In this document: positions 1 through 8,789 of the stretch, one piece after another
Position numbering within the stretch: position 1 is the stretch's first letter
Layout: each line of letters starts with the position of its first letter
Source of the DNA: a virus
Taxonomy: Duplodnaviria > Caudoviricetes
DNA length: 38,993 nucleotides
Strand: one strand, 5' to 3'
IMG/VR virus record: IMGVR_UViG_3300032212_000066
Span: 1-38,993 of that record
Program-made: the position numbers and the translations under genes
The notes under the pieces: generated by a model
Told to the model about the DNA's origin: nothing
Database searches by the model: none
Seen by the model: only the letters and a program-made list of their open reading frames with translations

Positions 1-287
1 CGTGACGCCCAAGGGCTCATGCGTCTGGGTGATGATGCTTTCGGTGCGGTTGTGAACGATGTTGTTCCTGCCAATTTCGCGGCGATCGTTGGCCGTATTA
101 TCGAGGACCCGGCCGAGCAGGTTGCGGTGATCGAGCAGATCGCCCGCGCCGAGGTGCGCAATGCGATCGAGGCAGAGGCGTTGGTTCGCGGTGCCCAGGC
201 CGCCGGTTTTGCCCGGCGTGAGGGCGAGACTGGATCCCTGTTTGGGGACATTCCGACTGAAAGCCTGATCGCCGATCGGGCGCGGAT
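1..287. repeat. Terminal direct repeat (circular overlap), left copy
   Basis: 1-287 matches 38743-38993 base for base except that 127-162 (36 bp) is missing from the right copy; implies a circular or permuted 38,742-bp genome. Confidence 0.97.
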
Positions 288-1668
288 CCTCAGCCGGGCT
301 ATCTCTATCCTTCGCAAGGAAAAGGGTGTATTCACAACGCTCGCGCGTGAGGCTGACCGCATCGAGAATGCGGGCAATCGTCTGGCGCGCGACGCCAACC
401 AGGAAAGGGCAAGCACTGATGCCGCGCTCCTCGAGATCCTCCAAACGCTCGCCCACCGTGCCGGCCCCGTCGCCGACGCCCTCAACGCCCGCGTCCGAGA
501 CGCAAACGGAAACTTCGCCGCCGGAGCCCGCGCCTTCGTCGGAGATATCCGAGATCTCACGGCGTCGGGCGATCTCTCTCGGCTTCTCGATGGCGGAAGC
601 CGACGCGATGTTGACCCTGCAGCGTCGGGTGAACGCGGCGGCGATGCGCCGCTAGGCGCCGAGCCGGCGCCGCCGGAAAATCGACAAGCCAGGCCCGGCC
701 AGCCGGTCCGGCTCCAGGCGTTTCCGCGCCAGGAGCACAAGGCGCTTGAGCTCGAATTCATTTCAAGCCAAGCCGATCGTGTCAGTGTTGATGCGCTCCT
801 CGATGGGGCGGATGGCTTGCGTCTGGAGCTGGGAAGCCTGATCGACCGAGCTTTGCCGGATGGTGTCGAAATGGTGCTCGGGCCGGTCAAGGCCGCGGAT
901 CGGATCGTCCAGAAAATCGAAGATAAGGGCTATGCCGGCGCGGGCCGACTGACCGATGTGGTTCGCGCGGCAGTCCTGCCCCGGTCGGTTGAGGAGGCCG
1001 ACGTTTTTGTTGATGGATTGGCAGCGATCGCGCCGGTCTTTGATGAGGGTGTCGCCTTGAGACCGGGCGGATATGTTGACCGAAAAGTGCTTGTCCGTCT
1101 GGCTGACGGGCGGGTTGCCGAGATACAGCTGACGTCGCCGCAAATGTGGTCAGCCAAACGGGATAGAGGTGACGCGGCGTATCATGACTTTCGGGTCAGT
1201 GAGCCGGGGTCTGACGCGCGCCGCGTCGCGCAGGCCAAAATGGAAGAGATATTTGCTGGAGCCTTGGCCGCGTCAGATCAGTCCTGGGTGGGCGGGATTG
1301 CCGGTAGACCCGGGAATGCGGCTTCAAACTCACCGCGCGATATTTCTTCGCCGGACATTGCCCAAATGGCGGGGTCACGCGCCTCCCAGGCGCCGGATGC
1401 GTCCGAGAATACAAATCCTGCGCGCGGCGACACTTCCACCGCCGGCGTGCGTTCCCAGTCTATAAATCGCATGGGGGATACCTCCGCTTCTGATATAGGT
1501 GATGAGTTTCCCCTTGACAATCCCGAAACCGAAGAATTTCAGACTGGATTGATCTTTGAAGCTGGCGAGGGCCCGCGGCGTGAAACTGTAACTGCGGCAG
1601 ATGTAGAGGCCGAGATTGCTGCAGATGACGCGGCTGTCGAGAGATTGAGGGGCTGCGTTCCAAGATGA
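1..1668 (+). CDS. C-terminal part of a large internal virion (ejection/polyvalent) protein; contains a RelA/SpoT-like nucleotidyltransferase domain at ~730-1260
   Basis: In frame with the ORF starting at 37333 across the junction (38761 corresponds to 19; offset 1428 = 476 codons; total ~1025 aa). Synthetase-like motifs VKxxxRxxxK (886), LTDVVR (949), GGYVD (1066), AEIQL (1117). Lies among ejection-protein genes. Confidence 0.85.
   Translation, partial: RDAQGLMRLGDDAFGAVVNDVVPANFAAIVGRIIEDPAEQVAVIEQIARAEVRNAIEAEALVRGAQAAGFARREGETGSLFGDIPTESLIADRARILSRAISILRKEKGVFTTLAREADRIENAGNRLARDANQERASTDAALLEILQTLAHRAGPVADALNARVRDANGNFAAGARAFVGDIRDLTASGDLSRLLDGGSRRDVDPAASGERGGDAPLGAEPAPPENRQARPGQPVRLQAFPRQEHKALELEFISSQADRVSVDALLDGADGLRLELGSLIDRALPDGVEMVLGPVKAADRIVQKIEDKGYAGAGRLTDVVRAAVLPRSVEEADVFVDGLAAIAPVFDEGVALRPGGYVDRKVLVRLADGRVAEIQLTSPQMWSAKRDRGDAAYHDFRVSEPGSDARRVAQAKMEEIFAGALAASDQSWVGGIAGRPGNAASNSPRDISSPDIAQMAGSRASQAPDASENTNPARGDTSTAGVRSQSINRMGDTSASDIGDEFPLDNPETEEFQTGLIFEAGEGPRRETVTAADVEAEIAADDAAVERLRGCVPR
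419..655 (+). CDS. Possible overprinted +1-frame small protein (78 aa, Pro/Ser/Thr-rich with C-terminal helix)
   Basis: ATG at 419 preceded by AGGAAAGG (401-408); host-frame codon usage switches to CTC/GCC/GGA/CGA over ~421-600. Confidence 0.4.
   Translation: MPRSSRSSKRSPTVPAPSPTPSTPASETQTETSPPEPAPSSEISEISRRRAISLGFSMAEADAMLTLQRRVNAAAMRR
1278..1472 (-). CDS. Nested antisense 64-aa protein; candidate immunity/antitoxin for the adjacent RelA/SpoT-like domain
   Basis: MRFIDWERTPAV...EISRGEFEAAFPGLPAIP is aromatic-rich and looks globular; SD GGAGGT 7 nt before the ATG; own promoter; the sense frame here is low-complexity Ser/Ala/Asn linker. Confidence 0.75.
   Translation of the reverse strand: MRFIDWERTPAVEVSPRAGFVFSDASGAWEARDPAIWAMSGEEISRGEFEAAFPGLPAIPPTQD
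1480..1520 (-). promoter_or_regulatory. sigma70-like promoter and RBS of the nested antisense gene
   Basis: Minus strand TTGTCA (1520-1515), 17-nt spacer, TATATC (1497-1492), then GGAGGT (1485-1480). Confidence 0.7.
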
Positions 1669-4226
1669 GTTTTCGAGATTGTATCAGCAATGCTGAAAAT
1701 ACTGGTGATCTGGATCCGGAGCGTGCCCGCAAGATCCGAGATCTTCTCGATGAAGAAGTCGATGCCGCGCGATCTGAGTTCGGCGAGGATGCCGCGGAGG
1801 CAGAGGGCGCGAGGCGGGCATTCCAGCGCCTTGAAGCGGAGGCTGCGGAAAGTAAGCGCCGGCGGCGCCTGGCGATGGAGCGGGCGCGTGACGTGCGGCG
1901 GCGTGTGCTCCAGCGGCGCACATGGGACGGTAAGGCGGACCCCGCCGCAGCGGTTCCGGATCTGATCGAACACTTTGGGACGTCGCCGGATAGCTCTGTC
2001 TGGAGCCGCTACCGTGAAGTGCTGGGCCGAGCTCACTCGACCATGACTGACGTTGTTTTCACTTTTGAAAGGGATCTCGCGTCGAACACCCGCAATCGTG
2101 CGCAGCTCGATAACATGATCGATGAGCTCTATGGCGCCGATACTGGCGACGTGGCGGCGCGCCAGCTGGGCGAAGCCTGGAAGGAAGCTGCCGAGCAGCT
2201 GCGCCAGCGCTTCAACGCGGCCGGCGGCAATATCGCGTATCGCGATGATTGGGCGCTTCCGCAGGCCTGGGATCCGGTCGCGGTCGGCCGGGCGGGCTTT
2301 GATGCCTGGCGCGATGGGGTGTTGCCGCACCTGGACAGGGCGCGCATGACCGACTTTCTGACCGGGCGGCCGCTGTCGGATGAGCGTCTCGAGCGCATGA
2401 TGCGCGATGCCTACGATGCAATTGTGTCCGATGGCTGGAGCCGGCGGGAAGCCGACATGACCCAGGGCGGATCCAGTCTTGCGAACAGTCGCACGGAAAG
2501 CCGCTTCTTCATTTTCAAGGATGGTGCCGCCTATCGGGCTGTCCAGTCCTCTTACGGTAACTCTGACGCGTTCGGCGCGATGATGGAGCACATCGATCGC
2601 ATGTCACGCGAGATCGCGGCGATGGAGGTGCTCGGCCCCAATCCTGTTGCGATGCTGGGCTTTGCTGAAAAGCTGGCGATGAAGGAGGCGGCCGAGGGGC
2701 GGGCTGAGGCGACGACGCCGTTTGATCAGTTGACGGCCATGTTCGGCCGCTCCTCGGATGGGCCGCAATCACGGGTGAGAAGTCAGGGCCGCCTGGCCAA
2801 GAATATGCTGTCCTTGCATATGGGCGCGGCCTATAGTCCCGTTGATGCCAAGCTCGCGCGCACCGTGGGCTCCGTAACGCAGCTCGCCGTAGCATCGAAG
2901 CTCGGCGCCGCAACGCTGTCTGCGATCTCGGATCCGGTCTTTAAAAAGCTCAATCGCCGGTTCAATGGCCTGCCGGAGACGGGGGCGATCCGTGGAACCC
3001 TGCGCCTGTTCAGTCCGACCAATGCCGAAGACCGCCGTCTGGCTGTTCGGGCTGGCCTGGTCGCAGATGGGGCGGCTTCGGTGATGCAAGGGCAGGCTCG
3101 CTATGTTGGCGAGTTCCAGGCACATGCCTGGACGAAGCGTCTCGCTGATATCACGTTGCGCTTGTCCGGATTGTCGCCGCTGACACAGTTCGGCCGTTGG
3201 AGCTCTGGCGAGGAGTGGGGCGGGTACTTCGCCGATTTTGTCAGAGAAGGCACGCCGCTCGAGGATCTTCCGGCAGATTTCCGCGCAATGCTTGATCGTC
3301 ATGGCCTGGGCGGTGACGCCTGGGACGTGCTGCGCCGGGCCAAGTTGGACGAGCCCAAGCCGGGCGCCGCTTTTCTTCGTGCCAATGCGATCGAGGAAAC
3401 AGATCGGCCAGGCGCAACCGCGCTCGCCCGTCGATACCTCGAGGCTCTGAACACTGAGATGGCGTTTGAGACGCCTTCGGCCAGCTATCGCGGCCAGGCT
3501 TTCCTGACGGGTGAGGCGCGGCCTGGCACGTTCCTGGGAACGATCGCCAGGTCGGTCTCTATGTTCAAGTCTTTCCCTTTCACGGTTTTCTTCCTGGCAA
3601 CGGCTCGCTTGCGTCATTCGATGGTGGCCGGTCTCGGCGCGGGGCGTGGTGCAGGCGTGGCGGCCAGCTATGCGGGGATCTTCGCCAGTCGTTACCTAGT
3701 CTACCTCACGCTCGCCGGCGCTGTCAGTCTGCAGCTCAAGGAGATCTCGAAGGGCCGGGATCCTCGCCCCATGACCAGCGGCAAATTTTGGGGCGCCGCG
3801 GCCATGCAGGGCGGGGGGCTGGGGATCTTTGGCGATTACCTGTTCTCCGACCTGAACCGCTTCGGTGGCGGATTGCCGCAAACCGTCGCCGGCCCGATGT
3901 TGCAGACGGCCGGTGAAGCCCTGGATCTGACCGCGGGCAATGTGGCCCAGCTCGCTCAAGGCGAGGATACCAATGCCGCTGCCGAGGCTGTGAGCTTCGC
4001 ACGAAGAAATACGCCCGGCGCTTCAATCTGGTATCTGCGCCTGGCTACTGAGCGGATGCTGGTCGACGAGCTCGATCGGCTGGCAGATCCCGACGCCGAC
4101 GCCCGCTTTCGGCGGCAGATGCGCCGGTATGAGCGTGACTATGACCAATCCTATTGGTGGCGTCCGGGTGAGCGCTTGCCCGATCGCGCGCCGGATCTGG
4201 GCAATGCGGCGGCCCCGACTGAATAA
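1665..4226 (+). CDS. Large internal virion/ejection protein (853 aa)
   Basis: Long helical Ala/Arg-rich ORF with hydrophobic C-terminal segments, located between the ejection proteins and the tail fibre as in BPP-1/epsilon15-type podoviruses; ATGA overlap with the upstream gene. Confidence 0.75.
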   Translation: MSFRDCISNAENTGDLDPERARKIRDLLDEEVDAARSEFGEDAAEAEGARRAFQRLEAEAAESKRRRRLAMERARDVRRRVLQRRTWDGKADPAAAVPDLIEHFGTSPDSSVWSRYREVLGRAHSTMTDVVFTFERDLASNTRNRAQLDNMIDELYGADTGDVAARQLGEAWKEAAEQLRQRFNAAGGNIAYRDDWALPQAWDPVAVGRAGFDAWRDGVLPHLDRARMTDFLTGRPLSDERLERMMRDAYDAIVSDGWSRREADMTQGGSSLANSRTESRFFIFKDGAAYRAVQSSYGNSDAFGAMMEHIDRMSREIAAMEVLGPNPVAMLGFAEKLAMKEAAEGRAEATTPFDQLTAMFGRSSDGPQSRVRSQGRLAKNMLSLHMGAAYSPVDAKLARTVGSVTQLAVASKLGAATLSAISDPVFKKLNRRFNGLPETGAIRGTLRLFSPTNAEDRRLAVRAGLVADGAASVMQGQARYVGEFQAHAWTKRLADITLRLSGLSPLTQFGRWSSGEEWGGYFADFVREGTPLEDLPADFRAMLDRHGLGGDAWDVLRRAKLDEPKPGAAFLRANAIEETDRPGATALARRYLEALNTEMAFETPSASYRGQAFLTGEARPGTFLGTIARSVSMFKSFPFTVFFLATARLRHSMVAGLGAGRGAGVAASYAGIFASRYLVYLTLAGAVSLQLKEISKGRDPRPMTSGKFWGAAAMQGGGLGIFGDYLFSDLNRFGGGLPQTVAGPMLQTAGEALDLTAGNVAQLAQGEDTNAAAEAVSFARRNTPGASIWYLRLATERMLVDELDRLADPDADARFRRQMRRYERDYDQSYWWRPGERLPDRAPDLGNAAAPTE

Positions 4227-4254
4227 GCGGCTCCGGCCCCGCTACCCATAACCT
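4227..4254 (+). promoter_or_regulatory. Putative late promoter (17-bp motif GCGGCTCCGGCCCCGCT plus -10-like TAACCT)
   Basis: Identical 17-mer at 4227, 23863, 26396 and 29609, each upstream of a morphogenesis gene. Confidence 0.65.
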
Positions 4255-4287
4255 CCGGACTGGATTGTCTAGCGCCGGAGCCCAGTC

Positions 4288-7143
4288 TTGACCCTCGCCG
4301 CCCAGAACACCTGGACCGTCGAAGATACCGATGGCGCAAAAACCGCCTTCGATATCAATTTCAAGGTCTATGACACGACTGCCCTCGAAGTGGTGGTGGT
4401 GGATCCTTCGGATGGCACAGAGACTGTGCAGACGCCGGGCTCTGACTATTCAGTGTCAGGCAGCCCGGGATCCTACCAGGCCGTCTTTGTGACCGCGCCG
4501 GCCGACGCCTTGAAGGTCTCGATCCGGCCGGTCCTCGATGCCAGTCAGTCCGAAGGCTTCGACGATTTTTCGCGCTTCCCTGCGAGCAAAGCGGAGGGCG
4601 CCCTCGATCGTCTGACGCATCTGGTCAAGGCCACGCAGGATTGGCAGTTGCGCGGGATCCGTGTGCCGGCAGACGAGGCCGGGCTCGTTGTTCCGTCGAT
4701 CACCGAGCGCAAGGGCGGCGGCAATGGATCGCTGTGGTATTGGGACGGTGTGACCGGGAAGGCGACAACCGTCTCCTATGACGAGCTTGTTGAGGCGGCC
4801 GGCGCGCTGGTAGGCGCCGAGGCGCTCGCCCAGATCGCGGCCGAGGGCGATAGCGAGCTGTCGCAGATTGCCGCCGAGGGCGATAGCGAGCTGGCCCAGA
4901 TTGCGACGGCCGGGGATAACGAGCTGGCCCAGATTGCGACGGCCGGGGATAACGAGCAGGCCGACATTGCATCGGCTGGCACAACCCAGATCGCGGCCGT
5001 AGGTGCGGCTGGCGATGCAGAGCTTGTGGATATTGGCGCCGCGGGTGATGCGGAAATAGCAGCGGTGGAGGCGGAAGGCGACACGCAGGTTGCCAATGTC
5101 GCGAGCGCGGCCGGCGCCCAGTTCTATGCGGACACCACCGCCGGACTCGCTGCCGTTTCCGAGGGCGAATATTTCATCGTCATGGAGGCAGATGGCGACG
5201 GGAATGATGTGTTCTCGGTGTATCGCGATCTGTCCGGTGTTGCGACGCTGCAAAACTCAATCCCGTCCGTCGAAGTCTATGCTGCCGTGAAGGTGATTGC
5301 GGATCTCAACACTGAGTATCGCGCCGAGATCGACGGGCGAGAAGGCCGGCAAGAAGGCGTGTACTCGGACCCGACAACGGGCGCTTTGTTTCTTGGCCGC
5401 CTACTGCACTGGGCAATCAAGGACGGCTCTGACTATGTTGGCGCCGCTCTGATGGACGACGGGACGTTTTTCGTCCGGGCGTTGCAGGCGGCGGGCGCGA
5501 TCAAGGGCGAAGGCCTGACGCTGACTGAATTGCTCGATGACAATTTTTACTCGTCGTCGGTAACAGACCCGTCTGGCAATACGCAGTTCGGCGTGCGCAA
5601 ATCGAACGGCGCAGTCTATCTCTATGACGGCTCGATCATCGATCCGACCGAAACCAATTATGACTTCGAGATCCGAGACGAAAACGACAACGTCGCCTTT
5701 GGCGTGCAGGGCTCGACCTTGCAGCTGCCAGGCGGATCGATCGACGGCCTGTCGGCGCGCGACGCCAAGAACCTGGCGGACAGTGAGGCGCGGCAATCTG
5801 GCTTTGTCGAATTCGTGCAGCGGCCAACCGCCGCGGATAACTCCATGATCGCATATGGCCAGTCCCTCGCTGCCGGCGCGGAGACATGGCCGTCTTTGTC
5901 CCAGACCAATGTGCCCGGCACTTATATGTATGGCGACCATGTGAACGGCGCGGCGACTGAGCCGGAGTTTGCCGAGATTGGCACGGCTGCGCTCAATCCG
6001 CTGGTCGCCTCCACGCTGGACAACACCACCATTCTCGACAGCGCCGGCGAGGCGGCCCTGACGCCGGGTGATGGCGCGATCGGCGAGCCTCCCATCATTG
6101 GCTGGGTGAATGGTGCGCGCCGTCGCTCCCTGCAGTCCATGGCTGTGGCCAGTGATGACCGCGATTGGATCGCCCTCAACGCGGCCCGTGGCGGCCGGAC
6201 GATCGAGCAGCTTTCCAAGGTAAACACTCAGGACAGCGAGGACTGGTATGCGCGCCTGTTCGACGGCCTGGGCGAAGTGGACGCGCTGACCACGGGGACG
6301 CATGTCTGTTCGGGCCTTCTGTGGATGCAGGGCGAGCACAACTATACCGACAAGGGCGGAAGTTGGGACAAGGCGACATACAAGTCCCTGCTCGGCGATA
6401 TGTTCGACAATCTCACCACGGATATTGCCGCGGCTCTGACCGACCAAGAGCATCCGCCTTGCTTCCTGACCTATCAGACGGGCGCTTCCTACACGCGCGA
6501 CGTGGACAGCGCTGGCGACCAAGGCCTGCATGTGGGCATGGCTCAGCTTGAGCTGGCCAATGAGCGCTCCGATCTGTGGATGGTCGGCCCGGTCTATCCC
6601 TACACCGACAAGGGCGGCCATCTGGACAGCAACGGCTCGCGGTGGTTCGGGCACCAGGTATCGAAAGTCTGGCACCGGATCGTGATGCAGGGGCTGAACT
6701 GGTCGCCGCTTCGCCCTGTCCGAGTGACGAAGACGGGCAATGTTATCCTGATCGATTTCCATGTGCCGGTCGCGCCGCTGGTGTTTGACAGTCCATATGT
6801 TGAAACCACGGCGACAGATTATGACGCCAAGGGCTTCAAGGTCACGACAGCCTCGGGCGCCACCGTCGGCATCACGGTGTCCCTCGCCGGAGCCACGATC
6901 GTTCAGATCGATTGCGCGACCGACCCGGGCGAGGACGGGCTGGTCTGGTACGCCGACAAGACGGTCCATGAAGGCAATGGCTGCCTGCGGGACAGCGACC
7001 CGACCAAGGCTAGCGATCTTTACGAGTATGTGCCCGCGCGCGGCATGTATGCCGGCGCCAATATCGCCGCGCTCGTTGATGAGCGTTATCCCCTGCAAAA
7101 CTGGAGCGTGGCGTTCTGCGTTCCCATGGACTACGAGGACTGA
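4288..7143 (+). CDS. Tail fibre/tailspike with N-terminal podoviral anchor, 11-aa repeat stalk and SGNH (sialate O-acetylesterase-like) domain
   Basis: N-terminal FDINFKVY...DYSVSG and ALDRLT anchor motifs; YGQSLA, WMQGE and DxGGHL SGNH blocks; TTG start after GGAG. Confidence 0.8.
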   Translation: MTLAAQNTWTVEDTDGAKTAFDINFKVYDTTALEVVVVDPSDGTETVQTPGSDYSVSGSPGSYQAVFVTAPADALKVSIRPVLDASQSEGFDDFSRFPASKAEGALDRLTHLVKATQDWQLRGIRVPADEAGLVVPSITERKGGGNGSLWYWDGVTGKATTVSYDELVEAAGALVGAEALAQIAAEGDSELSQIAAEGDSELAQIATAGDNELAQIATAGDNEQADIASAGTTQIAAVGAAGDAELVDIGAAGDAEIAAVEAEGDTQVANVASAAGAQFYADTTAGLAAVSEGEYFIVMEADGDGNDVFSVYRDLSGVATLQNSIPSVEVYAAVKVIADLNTEYRAEIDGREGRQEGVYSDPTTGALFLGRLLHWAIKDGSDYVGAALMDDGTFFVRALQAAGAIKGEGLTLTELLDDNFYSSSVTDPSGNTQFGVRKSNGAVYLYDGSIIDPTETNYDFEIRDENDNVAFGVQGSTLQLPGGSIDGLSARDAKNLADSEARQSGFVEFVQRPTAADNSMIAYGQSLAAGAETWPSLSQTNVPGTYMYGDHVNGAATEPEFAEIGTAALNPLVASTLDNTTILDSAGEAALTPGDGAIGEPPIIGWVNGARRRSLQSMAVASDDRDWIALNAARGGRTIEQLSKVNTQDSEDWYARLFDGLGEVDALTTGTHVCSGLLWMQGEHNYTDKGGSWDKATYKSLLGDMFDNLTTDIAAALTDQEHPPCFLTYQTGASYTRDVDSAGDQGLHVGMAQLELANERSDLWMVGPVYPYTDKGGHLDSNGSRWFGHQVSKVWHRIVMQGLNWSPLRPVRVTKTGNVILIDFHVPVAPLVFDSPYVETTATDYDAKGFKVTTASGATVGITVSLAGATIVQIDCATDPGEDGLVWYADKTVHEGNGCLRDSDPTKASDLYEYVPARGMYAGANIAALVDERYPLQNWSVAFCVPMDYED
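4825..5090 (+). repeat. 33-bp tandem coding repeat (hendecad LAQIAxxGDxE)
   Basis: Units start at 4825, 4858, 4891 and 4924 (last two identical), then degenerate copies. Confidence 0.9.
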
Positions 7144-7146
7144 AAC

Positions 7147-7992
7147 ATGGTTGCGATCGTCATCAATGGCGCCGACTTCTCCGGCTCGAACGCGCCGCGC
7201 TCCGAGCGGTATATCCAAGGCATTTCCGCCACCAATCTGGTCGGCTACTGGCCTCTCATGTCTGGCACGCTGAACTCTGCGGACGCCGGCCCCTATCCGG
7301 ACGTGTCTGGGCTTGGCAATGACCTGACGCTGTATACTGGCCGGACCTCGCCGACGCAGCGCTCATATGGGCTTGAGGTGGCGGACGTGGATGGCGTTGT
7401 GTTCGACAGCCCAATTGCCTCGTCATTGCAGGAGTTCACCTTGCTTGCGGCCGTTACGCCGCTTCTGCCCGGCGGCGAGACTGGGACTTTCGGTACGTTG
7501 TTTGGCGCGACTGAGAATAGCCTTCCGGCGACGGACACTGACAGTCATCCAGGTCATCCGTACCCGGTCCTGAACATCAACGGCCAACAGACCCTTGCCA
7601 GCGGCAGCGATAACGCTGGTATCTTTGACCAGGCCGGCGATGTGCTCGGCACCACGCGCATGGCGATTGCGGACACGTCCGCGCTGCAGGTCGGCAGCAT
7701 TTACGGCTATCGGATCTCCGCGTCGGCGCCGAGCGCGAAGCTGCGGGATTTGGCCGGCAATGCCATCGCCTCGACCGACGCGGGCATTGCCACCTATTTT
7801 GACGGCAGCCAGACTGGCACACTACAGTTTGGCTTCTGGCCCTACCTCACCGGCCGAACTGCGACCACCCCGCAAGCCAAGCTGCACGGCTTCGCGCTCT
7901 ACAACGCGGCCCTGACTGACGCACAGCTCGCCCTGGCAATGGCCGGGATGGCGACGGAGATTTCCGGGCGTGGCGTCACGCTGACTTCGTAG
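7147..7992 (+). CDS. Beta-rich tail-associated protein (ConA/LamG-like), possible receptor-binding partner
   Basis: LVGYWPL...DVSGLGNDLT and FALYNAALTDAQ motifs typical of LamG-like phage proteins; follows the tail fibre. Confidence 0.55.
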   Translation: MVAIVINGADFSGSNAPRSERYIQGISATNLVGYWPLMSGTLNSADAGPYPDVSGLGNDLTLYTGRTSPTQRSYGLEVADVDGVVFDSPIASSLQEFTLLAAVTPLLPGGETGTFGTLFGATENSLPATDTDSHPGHPYPVLNINGQQTLASGSDNAGIFDQAGDVLGTTRMAIADTSALQVGSIYGYRISASAPSAKLRDLAGNAIASTDAGIATYFDGSQTGTLQFGFWPYLTGRTATTPQAKLHGFALYNAALTDAQLALAMAGMATEISGRGVTLTS

Positions 7993-8001
7993 GTGGCTGT
8001 T

Positions 8002-8343
8002 ATGGCGATCGACCCGTCCGAACTGGCGAGAATTGAGCGCGAGAGCATGGAGCGCCATGGTCGCGTGACCGGCCGGGTCCAGGCTGTAGAGGGGCGCATC
8101 AACACGCACGAAGCGGAGTGCGCCCTGCGGTATTCTGCCCTGTTCGACATGACCTCGCAGTCCGCGGCGGAGACAAGTTCACTCAAGCGGGACCTCAAGG
8201 ACTGGCAGGACAAGCGGGACGATGAGCGCAAAGTCTTCGAGCGTCGGCTTTTCTACGTGATCCTCGCCGCGCTGGGCCTGCTGGGCGCTGACGTTGCCAA
8301 CCTGCCCACCATCCTCCAATCGCTGACCGGAGGCGTCCTGTGA
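8002..8343 (+). CDS. Putative holin-like membrane protein
   Basis: Coiled coil plus one C-terminal TM segment (LFYVILAALGLLG); directly precedes the endolysin; RBS AGGTGG. Confidence 0.55.
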   Translation: MAIDPSELARIERESMERHGRVTGRVQAVEGRINTHEAECALRYSALFDMTSQSAAETSSLKRDLKDWQDKRDDERKVFERRLFYVILAALGLLGADVANLPTILQSLTGGVL

Positions 8344-8789
8344 GCAATCTTGAGCTGATCCGCTTCGAGACCGACGATCACGCCACTTTGGGCGAGCTTG
8401 TGCGCGACGGGGTGCGCCTGTGCTACACGCTGGAAAACCGACCGCCCAAAGTCGAGGGCGTCAAGGAGCCGGGCAAGTCCCGCATCCCACCCGGCACCTA
8501 TCCCCTGATCGCCCGCACGATCGGCGGCTTTCATCAGCGCTATACCGAGCGCTGGGACTGGCACGGCCCGATGATCGAAATCCAGCTGGAAGGCTGGGAC
8601 GCGGTGCTTTTCCATTGCGGCAACACCCATCACGACACGGCCGGCTGCGTGCTGCTCGGTGAGAGCTATGGCGACACGGCGGCCGGCCTCACGATCTTCC
8701 GCTCACGCGCGGCCTATGAGGCTGTGTATCCGGTTCTGACCGACGCCGCCATGAGCGGTGGGCGGCTGGTTGTGAGGGGTGCGCCATGA
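8340..8789 (+). CDS. Putative endolysin, DUF5675 / L,D-transpeptidase-like
   Basis: TLGEL..CYTLE..RIPPGTY..FHCGN..DTAGCVLLG motif series; position in lysis cassette. Confidence 0.75.
   Translation: MSNLELIRFETDDHATLGELVRDGVRLCYTLENRPPKVEGVKEPGKSRIPPGTYPLIARTIGGFHQRYTERWDWHGPMIEIQLEGWDAVLFHCGNTHHDTAGCVLLGESYGDTAAGLTIFRSRAAYEAVYPVLTDAAMSGGRLVVRGAP

Noticed and set aside
1514-1545. Plus-strand promoter from TTGACA at 1514
   Set aside because: No credible -10 at 16-18 nt; the overlapping minus-strand promoter fits much better
19-1668. Independent 549-aa gene starting at 19
   Set aside because: The terminal repeat shows the frame is open upstream to 37333; ATG 19 is an internal Met
4825-4960. 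CRISPR-like array
   Set aside because: The 33-bp units are contiguous in-frame coding repeats without spacers; the same applies to 28702-28771
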